From Candidatus Nezhaarchaeota archaeon (GTDB lineage: Archaea; Thermoproteota; Methanomethylicia; Nezhaarchaeales; WYZ-LMO8): 64,000 nucleotides of DNA. The position numbers and the translations under genes were made by a program. This document shows, in pieces, positions 9,313 through 19,135 of the stretch. Where the stretch lies: contig JASFYF010000001.1 in NCBI GenBank assembly GCA_030055465.1, forward strand, positions 764,526 through 828,525. The letters run 5' to 3'. The notes beneath the pieces are model-generated. The model was given only the letters and a program-made list of their open reading frames with translations, ran no database searches and was not told where the DNA came from. How positions within the stretch are numbered: position 1 is the stretch's first letter; each line of letters opens with the position of its first letter.

Positions 9313-10800
9313 TTGCCGGTGAGCTGGGTCCTCGACGAGGAGGTTTTGGCCGTGCTGGCGGCGATAGTCGTGGTTTCATGTGTCTTCGCGGCGGTGCAGG
9401 CCTTCAGCGCTGGGAGGGTTGTTGAGCCCTTCTCCGAGCTGGGGCTTCTCGGGCCTGAGGGCAGGATAGGGGGTTACCCCAGGGCTGTGGTTGCCGGCCA
9501 GCCCTTCACCTTGAACGTGTACGTTGGGAATCACGAGGGGAAAACGATGTATTACAGGGTGCTCGTTAAGCTTGGAGACAGCGCCTCGACCGTAAACGAA
9601 ACGGTGTTCTTGCTTGCTGAGCCCATAGCTGAGGTTCGGGCCGTCTTAACGCACAACTCCTCGCGGGTGATCCCCCTCAACATAACTTTACGTGAGCCCG
9701 CTGTTCGGGCCAGGCTGATCTTCGAGCTGTGGGCGTTCAACGAGGCGGCCGGGGACTTCGCGTATCATGGCCGCTGGAACCAGCTTTGGATCAACGTGAC
9801 CGGCGAGCCTGTCGGCGGCGAAGGCCCTCGGGGCATAGCCTTAAGCCGGGAAATGGAGGGCAGGCTTGTAGAGGGCTACTTGGCCGTGAGGAGGGCGGAG
9901 GGGGCTGGGGGGGAAGTTGCGGGGATGGTTGGCTTGTTGAGCGACGCGGTGAACCTGGCCTTAAAGGGATGTGGGGGCGAAGCTGAAGCCCTCGTCGCGC
10001 GGGTTTTGGCCGTGGAACCCGAGGTTTCGAGGCTCGGCTTGGAGGCTGGGAGGATGAAGCTTTACGCGGGCGTCGGCATCTCCATCGGGGTCTGCGCTGC
10101 CGGGGCTGGGATCTACATGCTTCTGAGGCGCAGGGTTTGGGGTTGGTGGGCGAAACTCTACAGGGGCTGGTCGGCGACGTGGAGGGGAGGCGCCTCAAAG
10201 CTTAACGGCTTGGAGGAGGCCTTAAGAGGCTACTTAGCCTCCGCCGGTGGGGTCCCTGTTGGAGACGTCGTTTTCGGGTGGGGCGCCGGGCGGGGCCCAT
10301 GCGAGGTGGCGAGGGCCCTGCGTAGGCTTGTCAGGCGCGGGCTCGTCGAGCTTGTGGATCCCAATCCTCCTGGAAGCTTCCAGCGGTTCTTCTTTTCCAG
10401 GTATAACCTCGGCTTCGCCTTAACCGCGTTGGTGGTGGCCCTCCTGATCCTATCGGTTTTCCTGTCGGACCTTTCGCCATTCGTTGCTGGCTTGAGGGTT
10501 GTCTTGGGCTCGGCCTTTACGCTCTTCATTCCGGGCTGCGCGCTCGTAGAGGCCTTGTATCCGGGTGAGGGGGAGCTTACCCCCCTTGAAAGGTTGGCGC
10601 TTTCAGTCGGTCTCAGCCTAGCCCTCGTTCCCCTTGTGGGCTTGGCGCTTAACTACACTCCTTGGGGCATCAGGCTTAGCCCGGTCTTGGCTGCCCTGTC
10701 GGTCCTATCATTGGGGCTGATGTTCGCGTCGGCCTACAGGAAGTTTCGCCTGTTAACCCTGAAGGCGTTGGCCTTGAGGGCTTCAGCTCGTGGCTTATAG
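9313..10800 (+). CDS. DUF1616 domain-containing protein, halves in reversed order
   Basis: N-term FSELGLLGPEGRIGGYP...VGNHEG; C-term FIPGCALVEALYP...LERLALSVGLSLALVPLVGLALNYTPWGIRL. Confidence 0.8.
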   Translation: MPVSWVLDEEVLAVLAAIVVVSCVFAAVQAFSAGRVVEPFSELGLLGPEGRIGGYPRAVVAGQPFTLNVYVGNHEGKTMYYRVLVKLGDSASTVNETVFLLAEPIAEVRAVLTHNSSRVIPLNITLREPAVRARLIFELWAFNEAAGDFAYHGRWNQLWINVTGEPVGGEGPRGIALSREMEGRLVEGYLAVRRAEGAGGEVAGMVGLLSDAVNLALKGCGGEAEALVARVLAVEPEVSRLGLEAGRMKLYAGVGISIGVCAAGAGIYMLLRRRVWGWWAKLYRGWSATWRGGASKLNGLEEALRGYLASAGGVPVGDVVFGWGAGRGPCEVARALRRLVRRGLVELVDPNPPGSFQRFFFSRYNLGFALTALVVALLILSVFLSDLSPFVAGLRVVLGSAFTLFIPGCALVEALYPGEGELTPLERLALSVGLSLALVPLVGLALNYTPWGIRLSPVLAALSVLSLGLMFASAYRKFRLLTLKALALRASARGL

Positions 10801-10858
10801 AAGCCCTGCTTTCGGCTATGGGGAATATTGATTTTAAGGCGTTCGGGGGTCAGTAGCC

Positions 10859-11830
10859 TTGAAGGGCGGAACCGTGCTCGTCACGGGCGGGGCCGGCTTC
10901 ATTGGAAGCCACATGGTTGACGTGCTTGTGCGCGAAGGGTTCAGGGTACGCGTGCTTGACAACCTCAGCAGCGGCAGGTTGGATAACCTTAACTGCCACG
11001 TGGGCGGCTCCAGCGTCGAGGTCTTGAACGTTGACCTCAAGGATGCGTCGGTGGTCCTTCAAGCCGTCAAGGATGTTGGCGCCGCCTTCCACTTTGCGGC
11101 GAACCCGGAGGTTAGGGTTAGCACCGTTAACCCGGATGTGCACTTTAACGAGAACGTCGTCGCAACGTTCAACCTGCTTGAGGCTGTGAGGAGGAACGAC
11201 GTTGAAGAGCTTGTTTTCGCCTCCTCCAGCAGTGTCTACGGTGAGCCGGAGTCCATACCTGTTGGGGAGGACGCGCCGATTAGGCCCGTGTCCGTCTACG
11301 GCGCCAGCAAGGCTGCGTGTGAGGGCCTGATGCACGCGTACAGCCGCCTTTACGGGGTTAGGGCCCTCGTTTTGAGGTATGCCAACGTTGTTGGGCCTAG
11401 GCTTAGGCATGGAGTGGTCTACGACTTCGTGGTTAAGCTGCTGAGGAACCCAGGAGCCTTGGAGGTCTTGGGCGATGGGGCGCAGGTGCGGAGCTACGTG
11501 CACGTAGAGGATGCTGTTGAGGCCACGTTGATTGCCTGGAGAAAGTTCGCCAACGCGTTTGAAGTCTACAATGTTGGCTGCGAGGACTGGATAAGCGTCA
11601 GCGAGGTTGCCGACATCGTCGGCGAGGTTATGGGGCTTAGAGGTGCTAGGCGCCTGTACAAGCCGGTTCTACACGGCGTTGGGTGGCCGGGAGACGTTAA
11701 GCGCGTAGCCCTAGCCGTGGAGAGGCTTAAGAGCTTGGGGTGGAGGCCTAGGATGAAGAGCAGGCAGGCGGTTTCGGAGGCTGCTAGGAGCATACTCCAG
11801 GAGCTTAAGGGCTCAGCGGGTGCCAGGTGA
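10859..11830 (+). CDS. galE: NAD-dependent epimerase/dehydratase (UDP-glucose 4-epimerase-like)
   Basis: VLVTGGAGFIGSH, FASSSSVYG, YGASK, LRYANVVG, GWPGDV. Confidence 0.9.
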   Translation: MKGGTVLVTGGAGFIGSHMVDVLVREGFRVRVLDNLSSGRLDNLNCHVGGSSVEVLNVDLKDASVVLQAVKDVGAAFHFAANPEVRVSTVNPDVHFNENVVATFNLLEAVRRNDVEELVFASSSSVYGEPESIPVGEDAPIRPVSVYGASKAACEGLMHAYSRLYGVRALVLRYANVVGPRLRHGVVYDFVVKLLRNPGALEVLGDGAQVRSYVHVEDAVEATLIAWRKFANAFEVYNVGCEDWISVSEVADIVGEVMGLRGARRLYKPVLHGVGWPGDVKRVALAVERLKSLGWRPRMKSRQAVSEAARSILQELKGSAGAR

Positions 11831-12275
11831 TGTCAGCCTTGAAGGCTGCCCCCGTAATGGCTGGATCGGTTGGGCTGGCATTCGTAGAACTGTTGGGCTG
11901 GGGAGCGTTGGGTGAGGCTGCTCAGGACATCCCAAGAAACCTTGAAGGTGCCTTGAAGCGGTAAGCGGATTGTAGCCTCGTTGGTGCAGTCAATGCATGA
12001 ATTGGGTGGAAAGCGCTTTAATATGCGCGTGAACCCTAGAGAGAACCGGTGGAGTAATTGTTCATGGTTGGCCTCTCTCGCCTTGGGGTTGAGAGGATTC
12101 ATCGCTGCAGCCTTGTGGATGCGCTTTGGCTCACGGCGCTGTACAAGCCTGTGGAGAGGAGGTTGGAGAAGGGCTTGAGAAGATTGAAGGGGCAGAGGAA
12201 GCCGGCAAGGGCAATTAATAAAGTTTGGGCTAAGCTTCTGCACGTTCACGCCTCGCCGAGGTAGATGATGCTTCA

Positions 12276-13565
12276 TTGAGGCCAGCTATGGTTGTTGCGG
12301 GCACTAGGCCTGAGCTTATTAAGCTGGCCCCTGTATTGCGGGGGCTGGATGAAGCCGGCGTAGATTACGTTTTCGTCTGGAGCGGGCAGCATTACGATTA
12401 TCTGCTCAGCCAGGTTTTCTTTGAGGAGTTTGGGCTGGATGGGGCTGACGTGGACTTGGGTGTTGGCAGCGGCTCCCACGCCCAGCAGGCGGGCCAGATT
12501 ATGGCTGGGCTTGAGGGGCTTATAGGCGATTATAAGCCCTCTTTGGTGGTGGCTGAGGGCGACACCAACACGGTTTTGGCGGCGGCGCTTTCAGCCGTCA
12601 AGTGCCATGTGCCCTTCGCCCATGTGGAGGCTGGTTTGCGCAGCTGGAACATGCTTATGCCTGAAGAGGTTAACCGGCGTGTCGCCGACGCGGTGGCAAG
12701 CCTGCACTTCGCGCCTACAGAGTGGGCGGCGCTCAACCTCCTATTCGAGGGAGTTTCAAGCCGAAGCGTGCATGTAACGGGCAACACGATTGTGGATGCT
12801 GTGGGGCGTTTCATGCCCCGCGTGGAGGAGCAAGCTGGGAAAGTTTTGGAGAAGCATGGGCTGGAAAGGGGCGGATACTTGCTTGTAACCCTTCATAGGG
12901 CCGAGAACACGGATAATCCTGAAAGGCTTAGGGGCGTGGTTGAGGCGCTTATGGAGCTTGCTAAACGCTTCAGGGTCGTTTTTCCCTTGCATCCGAGGAC
13001 GCGGAAAATGCTTGATGGGCTGGGCTTGCTTGGACAGCTTGAGGATGCAGTTATGCTCATGGAGCCTCTGGGGTATTTCGAGTTTTTGGCCTTGTTGGCC
13101 AACTGCCTCGTGGCGCTTACGGATAGCGGCGGCGTGCAGGAGGAGGCCTTCACACTTAAGGTGCCAACGGTTACATTGCGCTACAATACCGAGAGGCCTG
13201 AAACCACCATGCACGGCGTGAATGTGCTGGCCGGAGCTGAAGCCCACAAGATTGTTGAGTGTACGGTTAGGCAGGCTGAAAGGGCCGGCGAGATTAGGCG
13301 TTTAAGCTTCGAGAATCCCCTTGGAGATGGCGAAGCTGGAAGACGCATAACCCAAATAATCAGGAAGGCGGTTGAATCAGGGCTAGCTATTGTTGAGCCG
13401 GATCTGAGGGAGACGCCTATGGTGGTTTATAGGCTTTTGGAGGCTGACGCCATAAGCAGTCCAGAGGTTTTTGATTTGCTGGCTAGTTTCGATCATGATG
13501 GAAAGTCGCATCTGCCCAGCGGGACCCGTGGAAAACTTTTGGCTAGGCTTAAGATATGCTGGTAA
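12276..13565 (+). CDS. wecB: UDP-N-acetylglucosamine 2-epimerase (non-hydrolysing)
   Basis: GTRPELIKLAP, GQHYD, GDTNT, HVEAGLRS, PEEVNR, TLHRAEN, TDSGGVQEEA, TERPE. Confidence 0.95.
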   Translation: MRPAMVVAGTRPELIKLAPVLRGLDEAGVDYVFVWSGQHYDYLLSQVFFEEFGLDGADVDLGVGSGSHAQQAGQIMAGLEGLIGDYKPSLVVAEGDTNTVLAAALSAVKCHVPFAHVEAGLRSWNMLMPEEVNRRVADAVASLHFAPTEWAALNLLFEGVSSRSVHVTGNTIVDAVGRFMPRVEEQAGKVLEKHGLERGGYLLVTLHRAENTDNPERLRGVVEALMELAKRFRVVFPLHPRTRKMLDGLGLLGQLEDAVMLMEPLGYFEFLALLANCLVALTDSGGVQEEAFTLKVPTVTLRYNTERPETTMHGVNVLAGAEAHKIVECTVRQAERAGEIRRLSFENPLGDGEAGRRITQIIRKAVESGLAIVEPDLRETPMVVYRLLEADAISSPEVFDLLASFDHDGKSHLPSGTRGKLLARLKICW

Positions 13566-13658
13566 CCATGCAGCGTATGGTGGCTTAGGTTGAAGGTGGC
13601 TAGAGATTGTATTACATAAAGTAAAATGCCGTACTTTTTAATGATAAGTGGGTGAAAG

Positions 13659-13973
13659 TTGGGATACGTTATAACTGAGAAGGGGACGGCTACTATTCCA
13701 GCGGAGGTTAGGAGAAGATATAATCTGAGGAGGGGTTCCCGTGTTGAATTCGTTGAAACTGATGAGGGAATTCTGATAGTTCCAGTGGTTCCTTTGGAGG
13801 AGCTGTACGGCGTTGATGGGAAGGTTAGGAAAAAAGTCTACATGATTGTGAAGGAGCTGCATGAGGAAAGGAAGCCGCTGGGGGAAAATAAAGTACTTTT
13901 TGACACGGGACTACTTTTCTTCAATTTTGTCGAAACAAAATGTGGTAACCGTGAGACCGGCTTCGTGGCGTAG
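13659..13973 (+). pseudogene. AbrB/MazE-family antitoxin run into a truncated PIN toxin start
   Basis: ITEKGTATIPAEVRRRYNLRRGSRVEF (AbrB) followed in frame by KVLFDTG, like a PIN first strand; rest of PIN absent. Confidence 0.7.
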
Positions 13974-14217
13974 CGTGTATGGGAATTTTGGCTGTTAATC
14001 GTGCTTGTGATTTCCTGCGTCGTGGTGTCCAATGTGTCGCGATTGATGCTGTTGAAGGTTCTGAATATTGGTAAAACATGGGATGAGCCAAGAGAAACTA
14101 TCCGCGGGGTTAAGCCCTCAAAAATCTCAATAATAAGCTTTAGCAGAGACTTCGACAGCTCGTTGATTGAATAAACATTATAGTCTGCTTCTGCACAGGC
14201 TCTGTTTTTGCGATTAC

Positions 14218-14871
14218 ATGATTCTGCGGTATTACCGCTCATCAGTACGTTTGTTAAGGAAGATAGGGGCATGGCAGCATAGGACAGAAGCATACCTACG
14301 CATCATTAAGGAGTTTATTGGAGGTTTATCGAAATTGACTGTCGTGGATATTGGATGCGGTTCAGGGGTTTTCAGCATTGCGTTGGCTCAGGACAACTTT
14401 GTTGTAGCTCTTGACATTAACCGCAAACACCTGGAAGCAATCAAGAAAGTTGTTGCCGTGGTGAATGCGGACGCGCATTATTTACCCTTCAAGCCGGAAA
14501 GCTTTGACATCGTTCTCTCTCTCTCGTTAATGGAGCATCTGGAGAACCCCGCTGGTCATGTGGAATACTTGAAGAATGTTGTTAAACGTGGTGGGTGGCT
14601 TATACTGCAGCTTCCAAACTTACAATACTTCTTCGAACCCCACAGCATGGTGCCTTTCCTATTCTTGTTGCCGCAGAAAATCCAAAAACTTGTCTTCAGA
14701 AAATTGGAGTATATATACGTGAACATGAATTTAACAATTAAAGGTGCCCTGAAACTTCTTTTATCTGCAGGATTCGCGCTAAGGAAAACCGTGAAAATTT
14801 ACCATACCGAGGTCATGAGGCTAATACCATGGGCTCCCTCGTATATGTTTTTGCTGCAGAAGATGGGTTAA
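14218..14871 (+). CDS. Class I SAM-dependent methyltransferase
   Basis: VVDIGCGSG, DAHYLPF, FDIV, MEHL, KRGGWL. Confidence 0.9.
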   Translation: MILRYYRSSVRLLRKIGAWQHRTEAYLRIIKEFIGGLSKLTVVDIGCGSGVFSIALAQDNFVVALDINRKHLEAIKKVVAVVNADAHYLPFKPESFDIVLSLSLMEHLENPAGHVEYLKNVVKRGGWLILQLPNLQYFFEPHSMVPFLFLLPQKIQKLVFRKLEYIYVNMNLTIKGALKLLLSAGFALRKTVKIYHTEVMRLIPWAPSYMFLLQKMG

Positions 14872-14875
14872 GCGG

Positions 14876-15991
14876 TTGATGCTGGAGCCTCTCGCTTTAG
14901 CTCTAGCGCTGGTGCACTTCGGGCTCCCATTAGCCTATTACTGGTATACTAAAGTCAGATGGTTTAAGAGACGTTGGGACATCACGATAGACGAAAACTA
15001 CAGACCCCGGGTGACGACGGTCATACCCACGTATAACGAAGCAAAGCATATGGTAAGCAAACTCAATAATATCTACGAGCAAGAGTATCCGAGGGAGCTC
15101 GTAGAGGTTGTCGTGGTCGATAGCGCCAGTACCGACAGAACTCCAGAGCTAGTAGAGAAGTGGGCGGCAGAGCATCAGGATATAAAAGTGAAGATAGTGC
15201 ACGAAAGCTGTAGGCGCGGCATGGTTCCAGCGATAAACTATGCTCTTAAGACAAACGAGCCTTCGGGCGAAATTGTGGTACTCACTGACGCCGATGCGTG
15301 GTGGCCAACCACTGCACTGAAGAACATAGTGAAGTACTTTGCAGACGATAAGGTTGGTGCGGTCACGGCTTCCGTAACTTACGAGGAACGGGATAAAGCC
15401 AACATGGAGGACATATACCGCCACTACTATAATATTCTGAGGATCTCGGAGTCCAAGAGACATAGCACACCAGTGCATAATGGTCCATTAGTAGCCTTCA
15501 GGAAGAACCTGCTCTATAAGATAGGGTTGCTACCAGAATATGTCGGCAATGATGATAGTACCCCTGCGTCCGTTATCGCGTTTATGGGTTATAGGGCTAT
15601 ACAGGTAAACCATGTGGTGGTGAAGGAATATATTAGAGAGAACCAGTTTTGGAGAATAGTCAGGCGTGCGCAGCACCTCGTTGCTCACTTTGTCAAAACC
15701 AAGGGGTACGTCAAAAACAAGAACCTCTATCTATATGATAGGGACTTTGAGGTTATCTGGAAAATTGAGTGGTGGCTCCATGTAGCCAATCCTTGGTGTC
15801 TCTTAGCTTCTTTAGCTTTGTTTTTAACCTCCTACATAACCTCTCTTTCCATGGCTTCATTTGCGATAATGGTTGTTGGGGTATTCTTGCTAGGATCCAA
15901 AGTTTTTAGGACATGGGTGCTTCAGCAAATATGTCTAGCCATAGCTGCAATAAAAAACCTAAGATCCGTCAATATAGTTTGGAGCAAGTAA
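14876..15991 (+). CDS. GT2 glycosyltransferase (cellulose/poly-GlcNAc synthase-like, TM-anchored)
   Basis: IPTYNEA, VVDSASTDRT, TDAD, NDD, RRAQH; TMs at both ends. Confidence 0.9.
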   Translation: MMLEPLALALALVHFGLPLAYYWYTKVRWFKRRWDITIDENYRPRVTTVIPTYNEAKHMVSKLNNIYEQEYPRELVEVVVVDSASTDRTPELVEKWAAEHQDIKVKIVHESCRRGMVPAINYALKTNEPSGEIVVLTDADAWWPTTALKNIVKYFADDKVGAVTASVTYEERDKANMEDIYRHYYNILRISESKRHSTPVHNGPLVAFRKNLLYKIGLLPEYVGNDDSTPASVIAFMGYRAIQVNHVVVKEYIRENQFWRIVRRAQHLVAHFVKTKGYVKNKNLYLYDRDFEVIWKIEWWLHVANPWCLLASLALFLTSYITSLSMASFAIMVVGVFLLGSKVFRTWVLQQICLAIAAIKNLRSVNIVWSK

Positions 15992-16016
15992 ATGGGCTTT
16001 AGATAGTGCCTGGAAA

Positions 16017-17081
16017 ATGAAAGTGCTGTATATATCACAGAGCTACCATCCACAAATAGGAGGCATAGAATACGTTGTCAAATCTGTGGCCGAGAGGCTT
16101 GTTAGGCGAGGACATGATGTTGCTGTGCTTTGCGGCGAACCGGATATAGAGAAATCATGCGAGGAACTGGTTAATGGCGTCCATGTTGTGCGGTGGCCTG
16201 TTTATGCTCCTGGAGACGCTTATCACATTCCGAGGATGAGGAGTAACCTGAAAAGATGGCTTATCAAATCTGTTAAGTATTATGATGTGGTTCACTTCCA
16301 TAGCGTCCATAGCATGTTTACTATGTATTCCTTAAGTGTGTTAAGGGATTTTAAAGTACACCAGGTTTTAACTCCACACTATCATGGTACCGGTCATACT
16401 TTTTTCAGGAGAATCTTATGGAATGTTTGGAGGAGACATGTTAGAAACCTTTTAGTACATGTTGATATTGTCCACTCGGTTTCAGAATATGAAGCACAAC
16501 TTCTGGCTAAGGATTTTAGAGTAAATCCTGTTATTGTAGAGCATGGTGTTGAAGAGTGGATTCTGGAGGTCGATTGGAACCCCTCAGGCTACGTTATGTA
16601 TAGCGGCAGGATCGAGAAGTATAAAAATATTCACAGGTTGGCGAACATCGTAAAACACCTGAATAATATGGGTCTAAGCTTGGAGCTGAAGGTCTTCGGA
16701 GAGGGTAGTTTTAAGCACAGACTCAAGCGGCACCTTGATAACATTGGAATCAAGTATGAGTTCAAGCCGCCACAACCCTACAATGAATACATTAACTATC
16801 TTTCGAGGGCCAGCCTTTTCGGGCTTCTCTCAGAGAAAGAAGCCTTTGGACAAACGGTTAACGAGGCGAACGCCATAGGCGTGCCAGTAGTGGTCGCTGA
16901 GCCTTGGGGACGAAACTTCGCTGAACGAAGCAGAGCCCTCATAGTTCAGCTTGATGAGAGCGATGAAATGATAGCTGGGGAGATAGCCTCCTTCTTAAGA
17001 GAAGTTGGAAGACAGGCTAGATCGCGGGTTATGGGCTGGGACCAAGTGGTAAACACGTACATTGAGATCCTATACCCCTGA
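16017..17081 (+). CDS. GT4 glycosyltransferase
   Basis: YHPQIGGIE, SGRIEKYKN, EAFGQTVNEANAIGVPVV. Confidence 0.9.
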   Translation: MKVLYISQSYHPQIGGIEYVVKSVAERLVRRGHDVAVLCGEPDIEKSCEELVNGVHVVRWPVYAPGDAYHIPRMRSNLKRWLIKSVKYYDVVHFHSVHSMFTMYSLSVLRDFKVHQVLTPHYHGTGHTFFRRILWNVWRRHVRNLLVHVDIVHSVSEYEAQLLAKDFRVNPVIVEHGVEEWILEVDWNPSGYVMYSGRIEKYKNIHRLANIVKHLNNMGLSLELKVFGEGSFKHRLKRHLDNIGIKYEFKPPQPYNEYINYLSRASLFGLLSEKEAFGQTVNEANAIGVPVVVAEPWGRNFAERSRALIVQLDESDEMIAGEIASFLREVGRQARSRVMGWDQVVNTYIEILYP

Positions 17082-17815
17082 TGAAGAGAGTATTTGTTGC
17101 TTTAACATCGATACTGCAGAGTTTAAGGTTAGTAGTTTGGTGGGTTGTGAAGTTATTTGCCCTTGCATACGGAACACTTTTCTTTCACTCAGATCATGTT
17201 ACATTGCCGACTGTATGGGGCTGTCGCTTTATTCTTCCTAAAAAAGGCTTTTCAAAGTATCTGCTGTTGTCGATTATGACCGGATTATATGAATTAGAGT
17301 GGCGGCCTTACTTTGACAGCTTTATAAGATCTGCTAGGTTTTTCGTTGATGTTGGCGCTGCCGCTGATGGATATTACTCGTTTAGAGCATTCAAAATGAA
17401 TAAACGCCTCAGATCAGTGGCTTTAGAACCTCTTCAATTTGAGTTTGAGTACTTGATTAAGAATGTCCTGGTCAACCGGGCTTCTGAAAGAATTATTCCA
17501 TTAAAGTTGGCTTTGGGCGAAGGATGCGGGGAAATACTGGTTGGTCAAGAAAAGGTTCCCATGCTAAGCCTAGACGAACTCGTTGAAAGATTGATTTTGC
17601 CTCATGTAGACGTCATTAAAATAGATGTTGAAGGCGCTGGGTTAAGCGTCATCCAAGGGGCCTTGATGACTATAAGCAAGAATAGGCCCATAATCTTCTT
17701 GGAAATTCATAACGACCTTGAAAATCAAGCGCTAGAAACCCTTAAAACTTTTGGATACAATTTTATTATCAGGAAAGGAAAGGCCGTCGCTATACCTCAA
17801 ACATGCAGAAGATAA
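17081..17815 (+). CDS. FkbM family methyltransferase
   Basis: FVDVGAAADGYY, ALEP, SLDEL, VIKIDVEGAG, IFLEIH. Confidence 0.9.
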   Translation: MKRVFVALTSILQSLRLVVWWVVKLFALAYGTLFFHSDHVTLPTVWGCRFILPKKGFSKYLLLSIMTGLYELEWRPYFDSFIRSARFFVDVGAAADGYYSFRAFKMNKRLRSVALEPLQFEFEYLIKNVLVNRASERIIPLKLALGEGCGEILVGQEKVPMLSLDELVERLILPHVDVIKIDVEGAGLSVIQGALMTISKNRPIIFLEIHNDLENQALETLKTFGYNFIIRKGKAVAIPQTCRR

Positions 17816-17851
17816 TAAAGGTGCCGAGACTTCAAGAGAACGATTCGAAAC

Positions 17852-18034
17852 TTGAAGGGAATGAATTTCAGCGGTAGAAAGAAGACTCTTGTAATAGATT
17901 TAAAGAAAGACGATTATGCGATTGCTAGCGAAACAAGAGACTTCATAGGAAGATGCACGAAATATCCTCAATCAAATGTTCCCCGCTGGAGCGAAGTCGT
18001 TGAAGCGTATTTCAAACAATTATATAGCGGCTAA
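17852..18034 (+). pseudogene. C-terminal remnant of a GT4 paralogue
   Basis: NFSGRKKTLVIDL...IASE..DFI...VPRWSEVVEAYFKQLY aligns by eye with the C-terminus of the 16017 GT4 (NFAERSRALIVQL...IAGE..SFL...VMGWDQVVNTYIEILY). Confidence 0.7.
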
Positions 18035-18283
18035 CAAGCGAAGGAGTGTAGTGTTGAACAAATTGAAATTGGTTGGTTTCTTTGATGTCAGTGCGATTAT
18101 CATTCTCAAGAATTTGTAGTCAATGTCTTGTTGAAGGCGTTAAAGGTAGTCTTATCGGCACAATTAGGCAAAAGTGTTATCTGCTTAGAAGTAGTTAACC
18201 TCATGGTCTTTTAAAATTTAAGGCTATAAAGCAGATCTTAATGTAAGTTATAATTGCCAAAAAATCTTTGGTGTGTTGAGTCA

Positions 18284-19135
18284 ATGAAGGTTTCGGTTGT
18301 TGTTCCAAGCAAAGGCGGATATTACTTGAAATATCTCCTTCCAAGTCTTAATAACCAATCACTCAAGCCTGATGAGGTAATTCTTATTCTAAAGAACTGT
18401 AACTTGAGAGATATCGAAGCCTTGTGCAATCAGTATACTTTAAACTGCGTTATTATTGAACAGAAGCGAGGATACTACACATCAGCGCTCAATTTAGGAA
18501 AACGTGAAGCATCTGGTGAAGTCATCATATTTACCGACGATGATGCCATCCCACCGAGGCGTTGGGTTAAGCGTTATGTAAAAATTTGGAAAAAAGCGCT
18601 GTATAACATTGGTAGCATTTCAAGCAGAGACTTTTATATAAGATTAAACGGTTTAAGAGTTGTCCCGACAAAAGATGACGCTATTGAAACTAGGATCTAT
18701 AGATGGTTCGTTAGACCATGTCTCGAGCCTCCTCTCTCCGTGTTAAAAAAGTACAGATTTGGAGTTTACATCGATAAACGGCTTAATGTAGTTCATGGCC
18801 CATTTCTACCTTATAAAGCGTGTTTTTCACTGCCATATAGAGGCGTAAATATGAGTTTTAGGAAAGAAGCAATAAATGAAGCTGATTTCCCTGTGCATCC
18901 CTCTCTGAAGAGAGGATTTGGAAATGAGCAATATGTTGGTCTACAACTTGTGCTTAAGAAGTGGGAATTAGTATACACACCATCTAATCCGACCTTGCAT
19001 ATACAACGGAAAGAAAGTCTTTCGAGGATAGCAACAAAAGTTCAAAGGGCTGAGCTAAAGTACGAAACCTCGATAATGAGGGGTTTATTCAATAACCTTC
19101 TTTTGAGGGGTATCGCTGAGGGATTTAAAGAATAA
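18284..19135 (+). CDS. GT2 glycosyltransferase
   Basis: MKVSVVVPS, QSLKPDEVI, IFTDDDA, GVNMSFR, NEQY. Confidence 0.9.
   Translation: MKVSVVVPSKGGYYLKYLLPSLNNQSLKPDEVILILKNCNLRDIEALCNQYTLNCVIIEQKRGYYTSALNLGKREASGEVIIFTDDDAIPPRRWVKRYVKIWKKALYNIGSISSRDFYIRLNGLRVVPTKDDAIETRIYRWFVRPCLEPPLSVLKKYRFGVYIDKRLNVVHGPFLPYKACFSLPYRGVNMSFRKEAINEADFPVHPSLKRGFGNEQYVGLQLVLKKWELVYTPSNPTLHIQRKESLSRIATKVQRAELKYETSIMRGLFNNLLLRGIAEGFKE

Noticed and set aside
117-11793. Numerous minus-strand and alternate-frame ORFs over the first operon (and similarly at 43-64 kb)
   Set aside because: Shadow ORFs expected in GC-rich DNA; Ser/Pro/Arg-rich, no motifs, fully overlapping well-supported genes
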